Under the pieces are notes generated by a model. The model was not told where the DNA came from. It ran no database searches and was given only the letters and a program-made list of their open reading frames with translations. A stretch of 64,000 nucleotides of DNA from Podarcis pityusensis (Eukaryota). This document shows positions 40,659 through 53,810 of the stretch, piece by piece (position 1 is the stretch's first letter; each line of letters opens with the position of its first letter). A program made the position numbers and the translations under genes. The DNA lies in NCBI GenBank assembly GCA_964106645.2, contig OZ067043.1; one strand, 5' to 3'.

Positions 40659-42430
40659 AAATGAAACTGGTTCTATGGAACAGTAGAGAGCCGAAGCACA
40701 CAATGTGGGCAGTACTTGGGAGAGTACTATAGTTTATAATCCACTGCAGGGGACTCGAAAGCCTACCAGGTTTCTGTGAGCACACTGTTACCTGTGGCAC
40801 CATGTTGGAGAACCTTTAGCGTGTCAGGCCAACATTGTAGAGAAGTGATCAAAGTAACATCATGTTTGCATAACATGATTGAAGATTTCTCTGTTGAGAA
40901 AACTGTAATTTATCATAACCCTTACTTACTTGAGTCTCTCAACTTATCTAAAGTTTGTCAACTAGCTGAAACCGAAAGGACAGAAACAGCGCACTGTTTT
41001 TCCTTAGGAAATGTGGGGGAGAGCATGGGATTTTCAGGCAGCATGGTGGCATAATCTGTTTAACTCTAGCAGTCACTTCTGTCCCACAGGACCTGGGAGG
41101 AGTATGACAAGGGCTCTGTGATTCATTTTAGCCACTAAAAGGGTTTATGTAAGAAATAGGCTAACTAGTAACCATCTTTGGGTCAGATACGGCCACAAGG
41201 TTACTGGTTGTCTACCACTGTGTTAAGAACAGTCTCAACCCCCCCAACCCCCAACCCCCCACCATGGATGGCTTCAGAATTTATAATAGCTGTTTCTGTC
41301 CTGGAGGAAAACAGTGTGTGTTGTATCTGTCACACTTCCATAGTCATTGACAGAGGGCTTTGGAGAGCATCAGCACTGGGGCAGAACAGAGGAGATGTCT
41401 AGTTGAATGGTGTGTATGTAGATCTTATGGAAGTTAAATAGTTTATTTGTAGGTTATGATAGAAATAGGGGTTGTTTTTTAAAGAAGAAGAAAAAGCAGC
41501 TCATGCAGACCAAAAAATGCTTTAGGAAGCAATGGTGTTATAAATCCATGGTGTTATTCTTTCTGTCCAATATGAGGTGTTGTGTTTCAAGTTTTAGTTT
41601 CATTTATCATTTAAAAGAAGGGAGGGGAAAAGAGCATACCAAATTTAAGTAAGTGTTTCGTGCATGGCCCAGGTAGCCCCTAACATTCAGAATAGTGTGG
41701 GGAGGATTCAGTTGCAGCGAGGTTGGCACCGGGCCCATTTGAAATACTGTTGCAACGTGCAAGCCCTGGAAGTCAAGGCTTTATTTAACCCAATTATTCA
41801 AGATGGTTAAACAAACAATGAAGTATGTATAACCCACAAAGCTGATTTGTTGCCAAGTCACAAGACTTGGTTTTATTTTGTCAGGTGGATGTTGGGCCCT
41901 GGGCTGACGACGCTATTTAGATTGGGATGTCAGCTGTGAGTGGCATGTGTGAACCTCCTTTTTATTTGAAACTCATTCTCTTCCCCGCCCCCCTCCTGTT
42001 TTTCTCATGCCAAGAAAAGAAAGGTCATAATGCATATCAAGTATGTTACACTCCTCACAGTGAACTATATGAAGCTTCACGTAACACATCCATTCCAGAG
42101 CTACAGGCATGTCTGGTCACAGACCCATGATGTTTGCCTACTTCTGCTTCAAACAAATGTTCTGACTTGCATGAAGAAAAACAACACACACAAAACTACA
42201 CCTGGATGGCAAATGAAGTTAACCAAGCGAATGCAGCAATCTTGTTAAAAATAGATTGCTGGAAATCCTTATCAGCACTGACAGTAAATGAAAGAGCTGA
42301 TTTCTCTTCCTAAAGTTTTGGAATGACCAGTTTTTCAGCTTATGGTTTGATCTTCCCTTTTTTTAGGTGAGGTGAATTGATTATTATAATGAACTTTAAA
42401 AAAATATACAGTACAAAGTGCTTTGCTATA

Positions 42431-42672
42431 AAGTGGTACCTCTGGTTAAGAACTTATTTCATTCCGGAGGTCCGTTCTTAACCTGAAACTGTTCTTAACC
42501 TGAAGCACCACTTTAGCTAATGGGGCCTCCTGCTGCCGCCACGCCACTGGAGCACGATTTCTGTTCTCATCCTGAAGCAAAGTTCTTAATCTGAGGTAAT
42601 ATTTCTGGGTTAGCGGAGTCTGTAACCTGAAGCGTATGTAACCTGAAGCGCATGTAACCCGAGGTATCACTG
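42431..42672. mobile_element. Tigger/pogo-like MITE (copy 1 of this family)
   Basis: TA|AAGTGGTACCTCTGGTTA ... TAACCCGAGGTATCACTG|TA, with repeated TAACCTGA motifs; closely similar to 63507-63732. Confidence 0.88.
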
Positions 42673-43236
42673 TAGTAGTTGTCAATGCCTGCAAAGCAAC
42701 CCTGCAGGGTGGGTCTTATCCCCAGTGGAAAGGGATTGAAACTGTTCGATTTTGTGGAAGCCGATGGGACTCTTGTTTCAGTGGGACCACTTTCCATGGA
42801 CCAGTATAGACCGGTAGATTTCCTGTTCCGCGAGAAGTTGGAGAAGCTATTTAACTCTCCACACCTTCTGCTTCTTGCCTTTCAAATTGCAGCATGGTCT
42901 GTCTTTGGCACATGCATACTTTATAGCTCTTCATTATTTTCTTGTTTGTTTGTTTTGTTTTTTGATGTTCATAAAAATCTAGCCTACGTAAAGATTGAAA
43001 ATGAGACCTATTTGTTTTGCAGTTTTCGCACGGGCCAAGAGTGTTTAATGAAAGGAATGGTAAACAGCTTCAGATTGTGCCTCTGGTGTCCACAGAGTGA
43101 TCAGCATATTTAACATGCTCAGCATGACTCTAAGATATTACAGCTGATAATAGTTGTAATTGACTTGCAGACTCCTCTCTCTCTCCCCCCCCTCTCTCCC
43201 CCACCCCCAGAACAGGGGCAGTCATCAAGAGGGCAA

Positions 43237-43365
43237 NNNNNNNNNNNNNNNNNNNNNNNNNNNNNNNNNNNNNNNNNNNNNNNNNNNNNNNNNNNNNNNN
43301 NNNNNNNNNNNNNNNNNNNNNNNNNNNNNNNNNNNNNNNNNNNNNNNNNNNNNNNNNNNNNNNNN
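43237..43365. other. Assembly gap (N run)
   Basis: Run of N. Confidence 1.
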
Positions 43366-44699
43366 ACACCCTCTTTTTAAAATTCTACCTTACTTATTAG
43401 CACTAGCAAACGTTTACTTTGTTGGCTTAGTGAATGATAAATCCCCAGAATATCGAAACATCATCCTGCATTAACAAGAAGGGGTAGAACTAGCCTGTCT
43501 GAAAAGCAGAAATGTACAAAGCATATAACTGGTGGGAAATGAAGGAGGCTTAGCTCTACCGGAATGATGATGGGCAATAAAAATAGTTTCCTTTTCTATC
43601 TCCCTCCCTCCCCTCCCTTTCTGCTCACCGCCCCCCAAATCCCATTTATTTTCCTGGCGAATGATTGAGGTAGACCACTGTGCCGCTGCGGATGGAAAGG
43701 ATAAATTGCAAAGCTGAAATGGTTTTTGTAGAGTGTTTTGCTTGTCACGCAGGTAGATTCTCCTTTGTGAGTAAACTCCGTTGTAGTGATTAACACAGGA
43801 TCCAGTCCGGTGGGACTTGAGCTTTGTGATCTCTCGTTTGGCTTAGATTCAGGGTACATGTATATTTATCCCATACTGTTTCAGGCTTCGCTAAAGCATT
43901 GATGTATCACTTCAGAGCACGCAGCAGCTGAGTGTATAAAAATGACTTTCTTAGTGTGACACTGGGTCACCTTGGTCAGGTCTCCTACTCGCTGTGCTAT
44001 TCCCTTTCCTGATACTGCATTCCTTCTGTTTGACTCAGATGGTAATGTTTTGTGTTAGAAATCCAAAATTCAAGGCATTAATTAATGGAAACTGTGGAGT
44101 ACAGACCTAGAGATAAGACGCCCTCCTTCATCCAGGGTGGTCTTGAACACTGCAGTGTTTTTAATGGAACAACAGTCTCTTTGTAGCTGCTTTGGCCATT
44201 TATTTTGTCCTTATGGAAGAAGAAAGTTACATACTGATTATTTACCATCTAAAAGAGTCTCAGTACTTCAGACTACTTGGATGCGATACATGTCATGTCA
44301 GACTGTACCACTTCAAAATGTCAGTGGAAGAATGCTTATGTTCTTTCCAATATCAAGAACTCCCTGCATGTGAAAAGCTGGCTGGCATATCAGGGAGAAT
44401 TTTTAGTCAGACCCTTTTCCTGACACTAAATTTCCACAGCAGATATTTTCTGATGCAGGGAATGTCGTCATGTGCAATTTAAGAGTGCCTTACTATTTGC
44501 TTTGTATGAACCTGTGGATTAACCCCTGTGTTTTGACCATATTCAGAAACAAGGGTGGATTAAGCATAGTGAATATGTTAAATCTTACCCAACTTTTCAT
44601 AATACATTCTTATTGATGATTACATAGCCATTTGAGTATAGAATCAGTAAATGGTAGTTGTTCAGATTAACTAATGCGAAGGATGGTGATCTTATCAGT

Positions 44700-45020
44700 G
44701 CCTGTGTTTACACATCACAGCAAACCATAGTTAATGGCTTTCCATGAATGCATCTTTCTGGGTTACTTTTCTTCTCTCTGCTAGTGTACAGAGGAAATAA
44801 ACCATGATCAATAGCTGGAACCAAGGATTTTTATTTGTTTTGTTCCCAACAAATAACCGTGAGTAACCCAATCTTGGCTATAGATTGTACTGTGTTGGGA
44901 GTGAAACAAGCATGATCCCTGCATGGGACCAGGATTCATGGTTTATTTCTTCCCCATGGCTACTGGGGAAGAGCATAGCGGCTACAACCGGTTTGTGCAT
45001 GGTAGTGCAAGATTTATGGT
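44700..45020. repeat. Degenerate palindromic MITE-like repeat (related sequence at ~61705-62005)
   Basis: Inverted AAATAAACCATGA / TCATGGTTTATTT and recurrent AACCATGGTT-like motifs. Confidence 0.45.
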
Positions 45021-46348
45021 ACTGTGCTGGATGGACACAGAATATGCTTATGATGTAAAGTCGGGTTTCCCTATTGATTCAGTTGGATTTTCTTTGATAC
45101 TAATCATTATAAATTAAATTATGGTTGGTTGTGTTTGTCAGTGATTAAAAAGGGAAAGAAGGGGTATCTTTCAGAACTTTGAAGAAAAGATGACAACAGG
45201 GTCACTTTACCACTTCTTGGCCTTCCTTTGTGAAAAGATTAGGAAGGATGATGTCTTGACCTAGTTGTGTTCAATTGTCTGACCTACAGAGAACAGCAAA
45301 GATAGTAATTCCAACCTGGTGAAAGAGTGTGTGAACATCTCCTCCTGTACTTCCTAATCTTAGTTTCTTCTTTCCAGTACACATTAATATATGGCCAATG
45401 TTGTCAGGATGCAACAGAGATATGAAAATGGCATCATCAAGATTTTGATATGTGTTTGGTGGGTGCCATCTTGCTTTGCTGAGATTAGGTTTTAATTGTC
45501 TTTCCAAATTTCCTAGACATAATGTGTAACGGGTGGCTTTTTTTTCCTTCCCTAGTAAACAGAAAACCTTTAAAGTGTTGTAAATCAGGGCATTGAAGGT
45601 CAAAGAATTAGCTTCTCTTGTGCTACCTATTGTCTACAAAAGACTGAAAGTTGGTTGCTCCTATACCTAACTAATCTTTTTGTCTTTAAGTAATGCATGC
45701 ACAAAAAAGCTCCTTAAACACCCTTTTTGCTGTCCAAGGCAGGATGTTTCTGAAGGAGACCATGCTATTTCCCAGAGAGAAGGATTTAAGTTTCCAGGGA
45801 AGTTTTCCAGGCAGCTTTGGTTGCACTCTGAAATCCAATCTGCCTTTAGACTCTAGAGACTGTCTCCCTTCCCCATTATCATGACGGACTAGTGCTTTTT
45901 ATTTTTATTTTATTTAAAAAAAACAAATGAAGAAAAGGTCTGAAGGGAAATGAGCTATTTGCAAAGAAAAGCCACTTACTATGAACTACATTTGCTGTTT
46001 GCTGAGAGGTAACCTAATATGGCTTTTCCTGCTGGTGTTTGTCTGTTTTGGGTTGTGTTGTTGTTGTTGAGTTACTCTGCCCCCTTATCTACAGCAATTA
46101 TTGGGTCTGAAAGACAGGGCTGTCAGCAGCATCTTCAAACACAAGTGTGCTCTGGCTCCAGGTTGGTACCTCATCCTCACCACTATCACATGTCAAGTAG
46201 TTTTGCGCTATGGTACTGAAGATGCATTATTTTGTTTGTTTATACTATTGATTAAGAAGGGGGCGAAGTGTTGTTTGTGATGCACTAGATGATTATTTGG
46301 GGGGAAATCAGGAACCAAGGTGTACATTAATATTTGCTGCTGAGAGTA

Positions 46349-46353
<5 letters not shown>

Positions 46354-46388
<35 letters not shown>
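46354..46388. repeat. (GT)n microsatellite
   Basis: Read directly from the sequence. Confidence 0.95.
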
Positions 46389-46395
<7 letters not shown>

Positions 46396-47828
46396 GATAG
46401 ATTCAAGTAATCAAATAAATAATACAAAGATCTACACTACTAATTTTACCCCAAATCTTTTGATTTTGATACAGATGCTTATGTACTAATTTATTTGATG
46501 CTAACACAAGGGACAGATAATCCGATAAAGCCCCAACTGCTGACTTACAGGTTTGCCTTTCCGTACAATAGGCAGGAATCAAGATATTCTTTGCTGCCAG
46601 CTTCCACATACTGAATACTTTCTTTGACACAGACATATTGGCTTGCTCTGTCCGTCAGCCGACAGCTGTTGCTGCTGCACCTACTTCTGTATTGTCCCAG
46701 ACACATCCTCAAGCTACTTTCAAGTCATGCCAAACACCTAAATGGAATCTATGGTCAGGGAGAAGCCTGTTGTTTTCTCTGTCTCGTCAGCTGTTGCCCT
46801 CACCTCTCCCAAGCAAAGTGGTATTGAAACTCCTCTTGTGTTCCAAGTCTTTTCTTCCTTTCTGCCTTCCTACAAACCGCAACCCAGCGAGGTGACATTT
46901 GACAGAGCACACAGGCCTGTCACTGTACAACACGAAGACCCTCTTTTCCTCTACCCCTCCTTCATATTGATGTGTGCAGCTAAGTAGTCCGTCTAAGCAT
47001 TATGTTCAGGAAATCGAAAAAACCCCATTAAAATCAAATCTCAGCAAATCTAAAAATCCTCTGAATGGTTTGGGAGTAATCAAAAGACTGGCTTAATTTC
47101 CCTTGCAGTCATTAATGTGCCTCAGCCATGCGCTCAAATTATTCTAATGGCTAGGTCAATTCGCACTGTTCTGTCTGCGAAGTGTGTGAAATGTTTTCGG
47201 CAATTACTCTACCGGGTTGCGATGGATAAAGAGTTAATCTGACTTTTCTCTCCTTCCGTGTTTGTGCACCTGTGCTGAGTCCAGGTCAGTCCACCATTCT
47301 TAACTGAATGGCTTGACTGGTTTACCTAACTGGGGAATAAACTCCCCTTTCCTCTCTCCCGCCCCCCATCTCACCAAAAGGAAGGGAAAGTATTCTTTCA
47401 GCTATACATGGCAGACCATTTCTTTGCAGCCTCTATAGATTTTTCAGCATAGAAAGCTTTCCCTGCTCTGGGTGAAAGACTCTGCGATGTAACATGACTA
47501 TTCCTTTGTGTCAGCTTCAGGAAACTCCTGCTGCAGCTGATGTGCCGCCACTAGATTAACTGGTGACGGATCTATTTTTTCCTTCTAGGTGTTTGGGCTT
47601 CTGCCAGGGAGAGAACTATGCTTTGTTTGTCTGCACTGAACTTCTTCCCCTTTGCCACTGAAAATGACTTGGTGGCTGCCCTGTACTGAAACATCCTTTG
47701 TGTCATGATATGAATCGTTTTGGCCTTGTGCTGGTTCAGAACTTGTTGGCGGCATTTGCATGTTACAGGAAAGGAAGAACTCCCAAGTCCAGCATAGCAA
47801 TTGTCTGTGTGATGAGCAGAGGGTCAGT

Positions 47829-47888
47829 ATAGAATCATAGAATTGGAAGGGATTTTGAGGGTCATCTAGTCCAACCCCCTGCAGTGTA
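47829..47888 (-). mobile_element. 3' tail fragment of a CR1 LINE or CR1-tailed SINE
   Basis: ATAGAATCATAGAATTGGAAGGG...GGTCATCTAGTCCAACCCCCTGCA, the same tail as at 56017. Confidence 0.75.
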
Positions 47889-47894
47889 GTCACA

Positions 47895-48050
47895 GGAGCA
47901 TTGGAAGCTGCTTTCTACAAGCCACCAGGCCATCTAGCTCAGTATTGTCTGCAATGACAGTGTAGTGGCTCTCCAGGACAGGGTTCTGTATCAGCCCTAC
48001 CCGGAGATGCCAGCAACTGAATCTACAATGCAGATGCTGAGCTACAGCCG
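47895..48050 (-). mobile_element. Squam2-like tRNA SINE (degenerate)
   Basis: GGAAGCTGC...CCATCTAGCTCAGTATTGTCT...GGCTCTCCAGG...CAGCCCTACCCGGAGATGCCAG...CTGAGCTACAGCC; similar to 13668-13855. Confidence 0.65.
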
Positions 48051-50410
48051 TCCGCCTCTGCTGCCAGACCAGAACCCTGATTTTTTTTTGTACCTGTTAA
48101 TATAAAAATCCTGGTTTGATCTTCTACATCTCCTTGGACTGAACAGGTGACATGACTGGCTTCTGATCTAGCCTCAGCTTTCTCTAGAAGCAACCCTCTC
48201 TTCCAGTGATAGCAAGGAACATGACCCACCTGTGGTGGTCTCTTTCAGGGCTGGACAGGGTAGGTTGATGGTGAGAATTCATAATAACTTGTAGATTTAA
48301 CTTGTAGGGGGTTATAGATCAGAGTCGAGCATCCGCCGGCCGGGATTTGAGAGAGGAGACTCTTTGTCTTCTCCTTTATTACAGCCTTGTTCAAAATGAT
48401 AGAGTTGCACACACATGATCAGCTCTCTCATTCCCCCCCCTTTTAAACCCCAAATTTATTGATGCATGAAGAATCATAATTATGCTTCAATACTAAAATA
48501 AAAATAAAAATCAGAATCGTAGATTCTGTGTGCCTAGCGTGCACACATGCAACAATCAGGCATTAAAAGTGCAAGAGAAACACCACCAGTAAAGTGAAGG
48601 ATGGGTTAAGTGCAGGAGATGTTATGACTGACAATGGAAAGATCACTATTAAGCAGCTGATGACCGCAATCCTAAGCATACTTACGGCGAATTAAATCAC
48701 AGTGAAATGTACTTCTGAATAACGTGGTTAGGAATGGAATGGGTTGTGGATTTCTTTTTCTTTCTTCTTCTTTTTGATAAATAGGTCCGTCCCCCACTAG
48801 GAATAGTCCATAGGTCCCTTGCACTGGGATAGTCAAAAAAAAAAGGGGGGGGAGCTTTATTGTCCTTTATATGCATCTGCCCAGATATTCTGTCTTTATG
48901 GCTTTCTCCCCTTTCCTTTGAAAATCTTGAAACAAGAGTTAGCAATTGTCAAAGTGGCCATGTCTGTTCATGGCTGCAAGCTGTTGATACCCATACTATC
49001 ATTGCCTTAAGTCCAGGGAACCACAATCACTGGAAATATAGTAGTCTTAATTTCTAATGATAGAACTGTTGCATGTAGCAGACTTGGGGACACCACCACC
49101 AGCAGCAGCATGGTGGATTTGGCAGAAGAATTATTTTTATTTTCCTCCTCTGGCTGCTTGCAGGGTACTTTTTTTTTTTTTTAAGAGAAACTCTGGAGCT
49201 CACATTGTTGGTTTGACTCTGCTGTTCTTTGGCATGGCAGCGAGGAAAACAAGGGCCACCAGAGCTGTTTTGTCTGCGGACTACTTTGCAGACTTAGTTG
49301 TTTGCATTTGGGAGGTTGCTTTTGTAGGCTTAGCAGTAGATGTTTTGAAAGGGAGATTAAAGTTCCGAAAGATGTCTAGTGCTCTGCCTCCCTCTGTGCT
49401 GTAGAAAGCTGTTTGCTTCTCAGTGAAGGGAAAACAAATGGAAGCACATCAGTTTCACCCTTTTCCAGCATGGCTCTCTTGGACAAAAACCTTCTGCACT
49501 AATGTGTGTGCAGTGCACTCCTGTTGTAGGAAAGAAGAATCTCATTTTGTTCAGTGGTTCCTTGGTTAATTTCTAAGATCTGAGGCTCAAATCGGCATGA
49601 AAGTCCTTCACTCTAATCCCAAATGTTAATCTGTTTGTTTTACAATTAATTGGCTATAGAGAAGGGGATATTCTGCACATTCTCAGGGATGCTCTTTTCA
49701 GCCTTACCTGCCAGTAATGTGCTGGCATGGCCTGACTGCTATTAAGCCCCGAGGCTTAAAAGCAGCAGCTTGCCTTAATGCTGCCAATGGCAAACGGTTT
49801 CCATCAAGACTTTGATGGATTGTTTTTGGCTCCTAGAAACCATGTCTCTGCAGAAGACATATTTTGGATTTGACACTGCTGCTGGTCATAGGGGGGCAGG
49901 AGCTGCTTCAGCAAAAATGGATATTTTGATTGTATCGTTTCTGCCGCTTCTGCTTTTTGTCTGAGGGGGCGCAGAGCCATACATAATACAAAGGGTGGCA
50001 CTAGTGATGCAAGTGGAAGGCAGGGAAACTGTGAAGGAGAGACCCCCTGCTTAGTTTCTTTTGGCAGCTGCCCGACTTCCTTGTACGAGTGTTTGGGGTT
50101 TTTCTTTTTCCCTCGGCTCGCAATGTTTTAACTTGAGACTTCATGGAAATCCACTTCCCTGGCTTCACCACTTCTCACAGGAACGTGCCAGCATCATTAA
50201 CAGTTCCTGCCTCAGTTGGAAGATGATCATTAAAACAACCTTTTTTTTTTTTTAACTTGATGGTGGCCAGTTGTTGGTTCTTCCTGCAACCCCTGCCCGT
50301 TTTCTTATCAACAAGAGTCTGATCTCTATGTATCGTTTCGAAAACATTTTAGTGACGCGAACATGAGTTGATTTTTATTTATTTTTTTCCATTTCCGTTT
50401 CTTTCCCCAG

Positions 50411-50591
50411 TTATGAAGATCAATGATGTAGACCACCCACTCGAATGACGCTGGACATTTATAACTGGAATCTTTAAGGAATAAAAAGAAGAAATACGTC
50501 GAGAAAGGGGGGTCAATAATGGTGGCTTCTGATTGCAGAATGAAAAGGTTTTGGCTACTTCTGATAGTCAGCTTCCTCCAGTGTACAGAAG
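50411..50591 (+). other. ADGRL2: Full ATG-containing exon of ADGRL2 (108 nt of 5'UTR + 73 nt of CDS)
   Basis: Long polypyrimidine tract ending TTTCTTTCCCCAG| at 50410, and donor GTAAGA at 50592. Confidence 0.88.
50519..50591 (+). CDS. ADGRL2: First coding exon portion of adhesion GPCR L2 / latrophilin-2, encoding the signal peptide MVASDCRMKRFWLLLIVSFLQCTE(G); the CDS continues beyond the window
   Basis: ATG in strong Kozak context (ATAATGG). 24 codons plus 1 nt end at a canonical donor GAAG|GTAAGA (50592), phase 1. The peptide matches my recollection of the mammalian ADGRL2 N-terminus [25 protein letters not shown]. It is too short to appear in the ORF track. Confidence 0.93.
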
Positions 50592-52937
50592 GTAAGATAA
50601 ATTCTCTTAAGTTAAAATTTTAAGTTTCTGTTGTGATGAGATGAGATGTGTCTGCTCATGTAAACCATGAGAGTCCAAAAGGACAACATAATTTATTGCA
50701 GAAAAGATGCTCCTACCCTAGTGGGATAAAACTTATTTTGGCATACGATGGTATATTTGTCAACTTCTGAAGCTTATTCTTTTGGGCTGTATCCACATGT
50801 GATTGACCAATATGATTATACTTGATGTGTATATAATATTTTTCATTTTCATGGCGTACTGTTAGGTTAGGTGAAGCTATTTTTCCTGTGGCTTTTCCAT
50901 TCCTTTCCCCCTCTCTTTATGAATACCTTTTAAAAATTAATTTTAAGTCATTATGTCCTTGAAATTATGTTTAAGAACATGACTAAAACAGCTTCCCAAC
51001 TTTGCTTTAACTATTATTAAGCATCTGCTGCAAATTCTAAGTGGCCTCTTATTTAAAAATGTAAATGATTAATGGATTCCTGACAATGGAATATGTTGTC
51101 TAGCAAGTGGAGTGCCGGGGTGACTGTCCTTGAGTGGCAGGTGGTTTATTTTTGGATTCCTCTTGTTGAGCCATCTCAAAACGCTGTCCTTGAAAACCAT
51201 CAAACTGCAAGTTACATAAACACAAGACACAGCAGCTTTAAATATGTATGATCCGATGGAAGAGAAAGTGCATTCGGGGCTATTGCTTTCTCACTTACTG
51301 GTCTTACTGACATCAGTGTGGCAAGTCGTTAGTGGAAAATCAGCACTGTACATCTCAGAACTGGGTAAAGTGTAATTGAAAGTGGGTCACCATCAACTTA
51401 AATCTCAGTGCTGTTTGAAAATTTATTTACCTACTGTTAGATGCAGTACCTAAGGCTACACTTAAATTAGAAGTGTCTTCCCCACCCCCTTTTTTCGAAT
51501 AAAATTGTCATGTTCATTTTCACTGGTGTCACAGACCTAGTCATTTGTGCTAGCGTATTTCCTTTCAACACTAGCACAACACCCCCCTGGCACTGTTGCA
51601 GTGCCACGCTTGTGTAGCAGGTTGTCAGGATAGATAATCAAGCAAAGCTGCTGCCCAACCTCCATTCATTCCATATAAGTCCCATTGAAATGAATGGAGA
51701 TTGCATGCCATTGAATTATACAGTGTATCTCCTTTATCTTAGTTCTAATTCATGAAAATCAGCTAAGAGTTCTTAGCAACAAACTAGCTAAACTGCAACA
51801 GACATTTTGTTGTTGTATTAAAAGAAACAACACAGGGGGCAACCGATCACAAGAGCTGGCTGGCAAAAATCATGATGGGGGGAAAACTGTGAAGCCAGCC
51901 AATGCCTCTACATAGCTCCATCCTTATATCAGACATTGTAATATGTCGGTATATCATGATATTTAGCTGGTGATATTGTCATGATGTTGAAAATCAGATA
52001 TTGCCCAACTTAGGGTTAGGACCGCATTGCTAATGTAGCGGGTGAATGTAGCCACTGTTTTTATGTGTGGGATCTTATTACGATCTCTTCTGTTGGCATG
52101 GTAATAGTCACCCTTCATCCCAGCCCTTCTCTCCTGATAATGTTTTGGAAGGGAATTGAGGAGTTTCATATCTGTGAATGCTCCTGTGAGCCTAGTTGTG
52201 TATCTGAGGTGTCAACCCCTGCAAACAGGGTAAAGGCACCGAACGCCAAGGATTGTGTTCCCAGCTCCCTCTTCCCTCCCACATGTTGAACAATAAAGAC
52301 CACTGTTTACTTCCATGAATATCTTGCAGAAAGCTTTAAAACATTCTATATCTATTTAGTTTAATGTTGGCTCTGTGCTAAGACACGGCTCATGGGCTTG
52401 AATTGGAAAAAAGAAGAAGTATCGTGTAGGAACTCCAATTTAGATTTCACGCAGTGTAGACCTGCAATCTCTCTCAGGGGATATTGTCCTTTGAAAACCT
52501 GGTTTGCCTGACCAACTTTTAAGACCTCCCCCTGCCTCCCTACAGAGTTGTCGGCGGAGTGTCGAAGGCCAGCTCTGACCAAAAGCACACTTTTCTCAGT
52601 TGCGGTTTCATTAGTTGGTAATTTGTGATTTGTCAGAGAATATTGTTATATACGTGTGCTCCAGCTGGCCTTTATGCCTTTAGTAGAGAATTAAATTCTT
52701 ATTTTCCTGTGGAACTGCAGTTTATAAATGAGAGGTGATGTACTATGCAGCCACCTTTACGAAGTAAAGAAGTTAAAAGCTAATGAGAAGCTTAGATGTC
52801 TACATGTAACCACTAGGTGCCCTGAGTAATTACTGCAATGCCTTTTTAAAAAAGAAGAAGTGGGGGTTGTTTTAGTGATAAGAAATTCCTGTGAAATACT
52901 GCAGAAGTATTGGGAACATTGAAAGCTTCCCTATTAC

Positions 52938-53242
52938 AAGGCACCATTTGGGCTATCCATTTAAAACAAAATCATGCCACTTTAAGCGGTCTTGTCTACC
53001 CCACCCATAGGAATTGCAGTTGGTTAAACGTGCTGAGAATTGCTAAGGAGACCCCCTATTCCCAGAGTGATTTAACAATCAATGTGTCTCCTCAGGGAAC
53101 TCTGGGAATTTTCGCTCTTTAAAGGGCGCAGAGGTCTCCTAACAGCTCCCACCCTTAACAGGATTCCCAGGATTATTTGGGGGAAGCCATGACTGCTTAA
53201 AGTGGTACGATACTGCTTTAAAGATATGGTGCATATGGGGCT
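52938..53242. mobile_element. Long palindromic MITE (non-autonomous DNA element)
   Basis: Inverted arms: TTTAAAACAAAATCATGCCACTTTAAGC / GCTTAAAGTGGTACGATACTGCTTTAAA, AGGAGACC / GGTCTCCT and ATTCCCAGAGT / ACTCTGGGAAT. Confidence 0.7.
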
Positions 53243-53278
53243 CAAATCAGGCAATCTGTCTCTAGACTCTTATCCAAG

Positions 53279-53425
53279 ATAGAATCTTAGAATCAAAGAG
53301 TTGTAGAGCTGGAAGGGCCATTTAGTCCATCTCCCTGCAATGCATGGATTTTTTGCCCAATGTAGGGCTTGAACCCACAACCCTGGGATTAAGAATCTCC
53401 TGTTCTGCTGACTGAGCTGTCTGGG
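53279..53425 (-). mobile_element. tRNA-Lys(CTT)-headed SINE with a CR1-type 3' tail
   Basis: The minus strand reads GACAGCTCAGTCAGCAGAACAGGAGATTCTTAATCCCAGGGTTGTGGGTTCAAGCCCTACATTGGGC (tRNA-Lys-like), then TGGACTAAATGGCCCTTCCAGCTCTACAACTCTTTGATTCTAAGATTCTAT (CR1-like end). Confidence 0.8.
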
Positions 53426-53661
53426 GATATTGACTATTCAAGCAAGTCCAGAAGACTTTCCCATTGTCTGCTATGTGATCTATTAACAGGAAATTCCAGG
53501 AACTCAGGGTTGGGAACCTCTGCATGAAAACCATGTGTGCATAGCACAGGTTTTGACGCTTCCTTTTATTCTTGTACATCATAGTAGGCTCCCTTACGTT
53601 TCAGTGGATGCAGTTTACTTCCCTCCATTAAATGGAATGGAGAAGATGGTCTGCATATGGA

Positions 53662-53810
53662 CAGGGGTAGCCAACTGGATACCCTCCGAATCTTGCTGGA
53701 CTACAGCTTCTTTCATCCCCAGACAACATGACCAGTGATCAAGGATAATTTTTTTTTTTGGGGGGGTGTATGTATTCCAGCAGCATCTGGTGGGTGCTAC
53801 ATTGGCCCCT
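53662..53810. mobile_element. hAT-type palindromic MITE (degenerate)
   Basis: CAGGGGTAGCCAAC...TGCTGGACTACA ... TATTCCAGCAGCATCTGG...TTGGCCCCT. Confidence 0.55.

Noticed and set aside
53355-53425. Apparent tRNA-Lys(CTT) gene on the minus strand
   Set aside because: The D-loop GG and stems are mutated and the sequence is fused to a CR1-type tail, so it is a SINE head rather than a functional tRNA.
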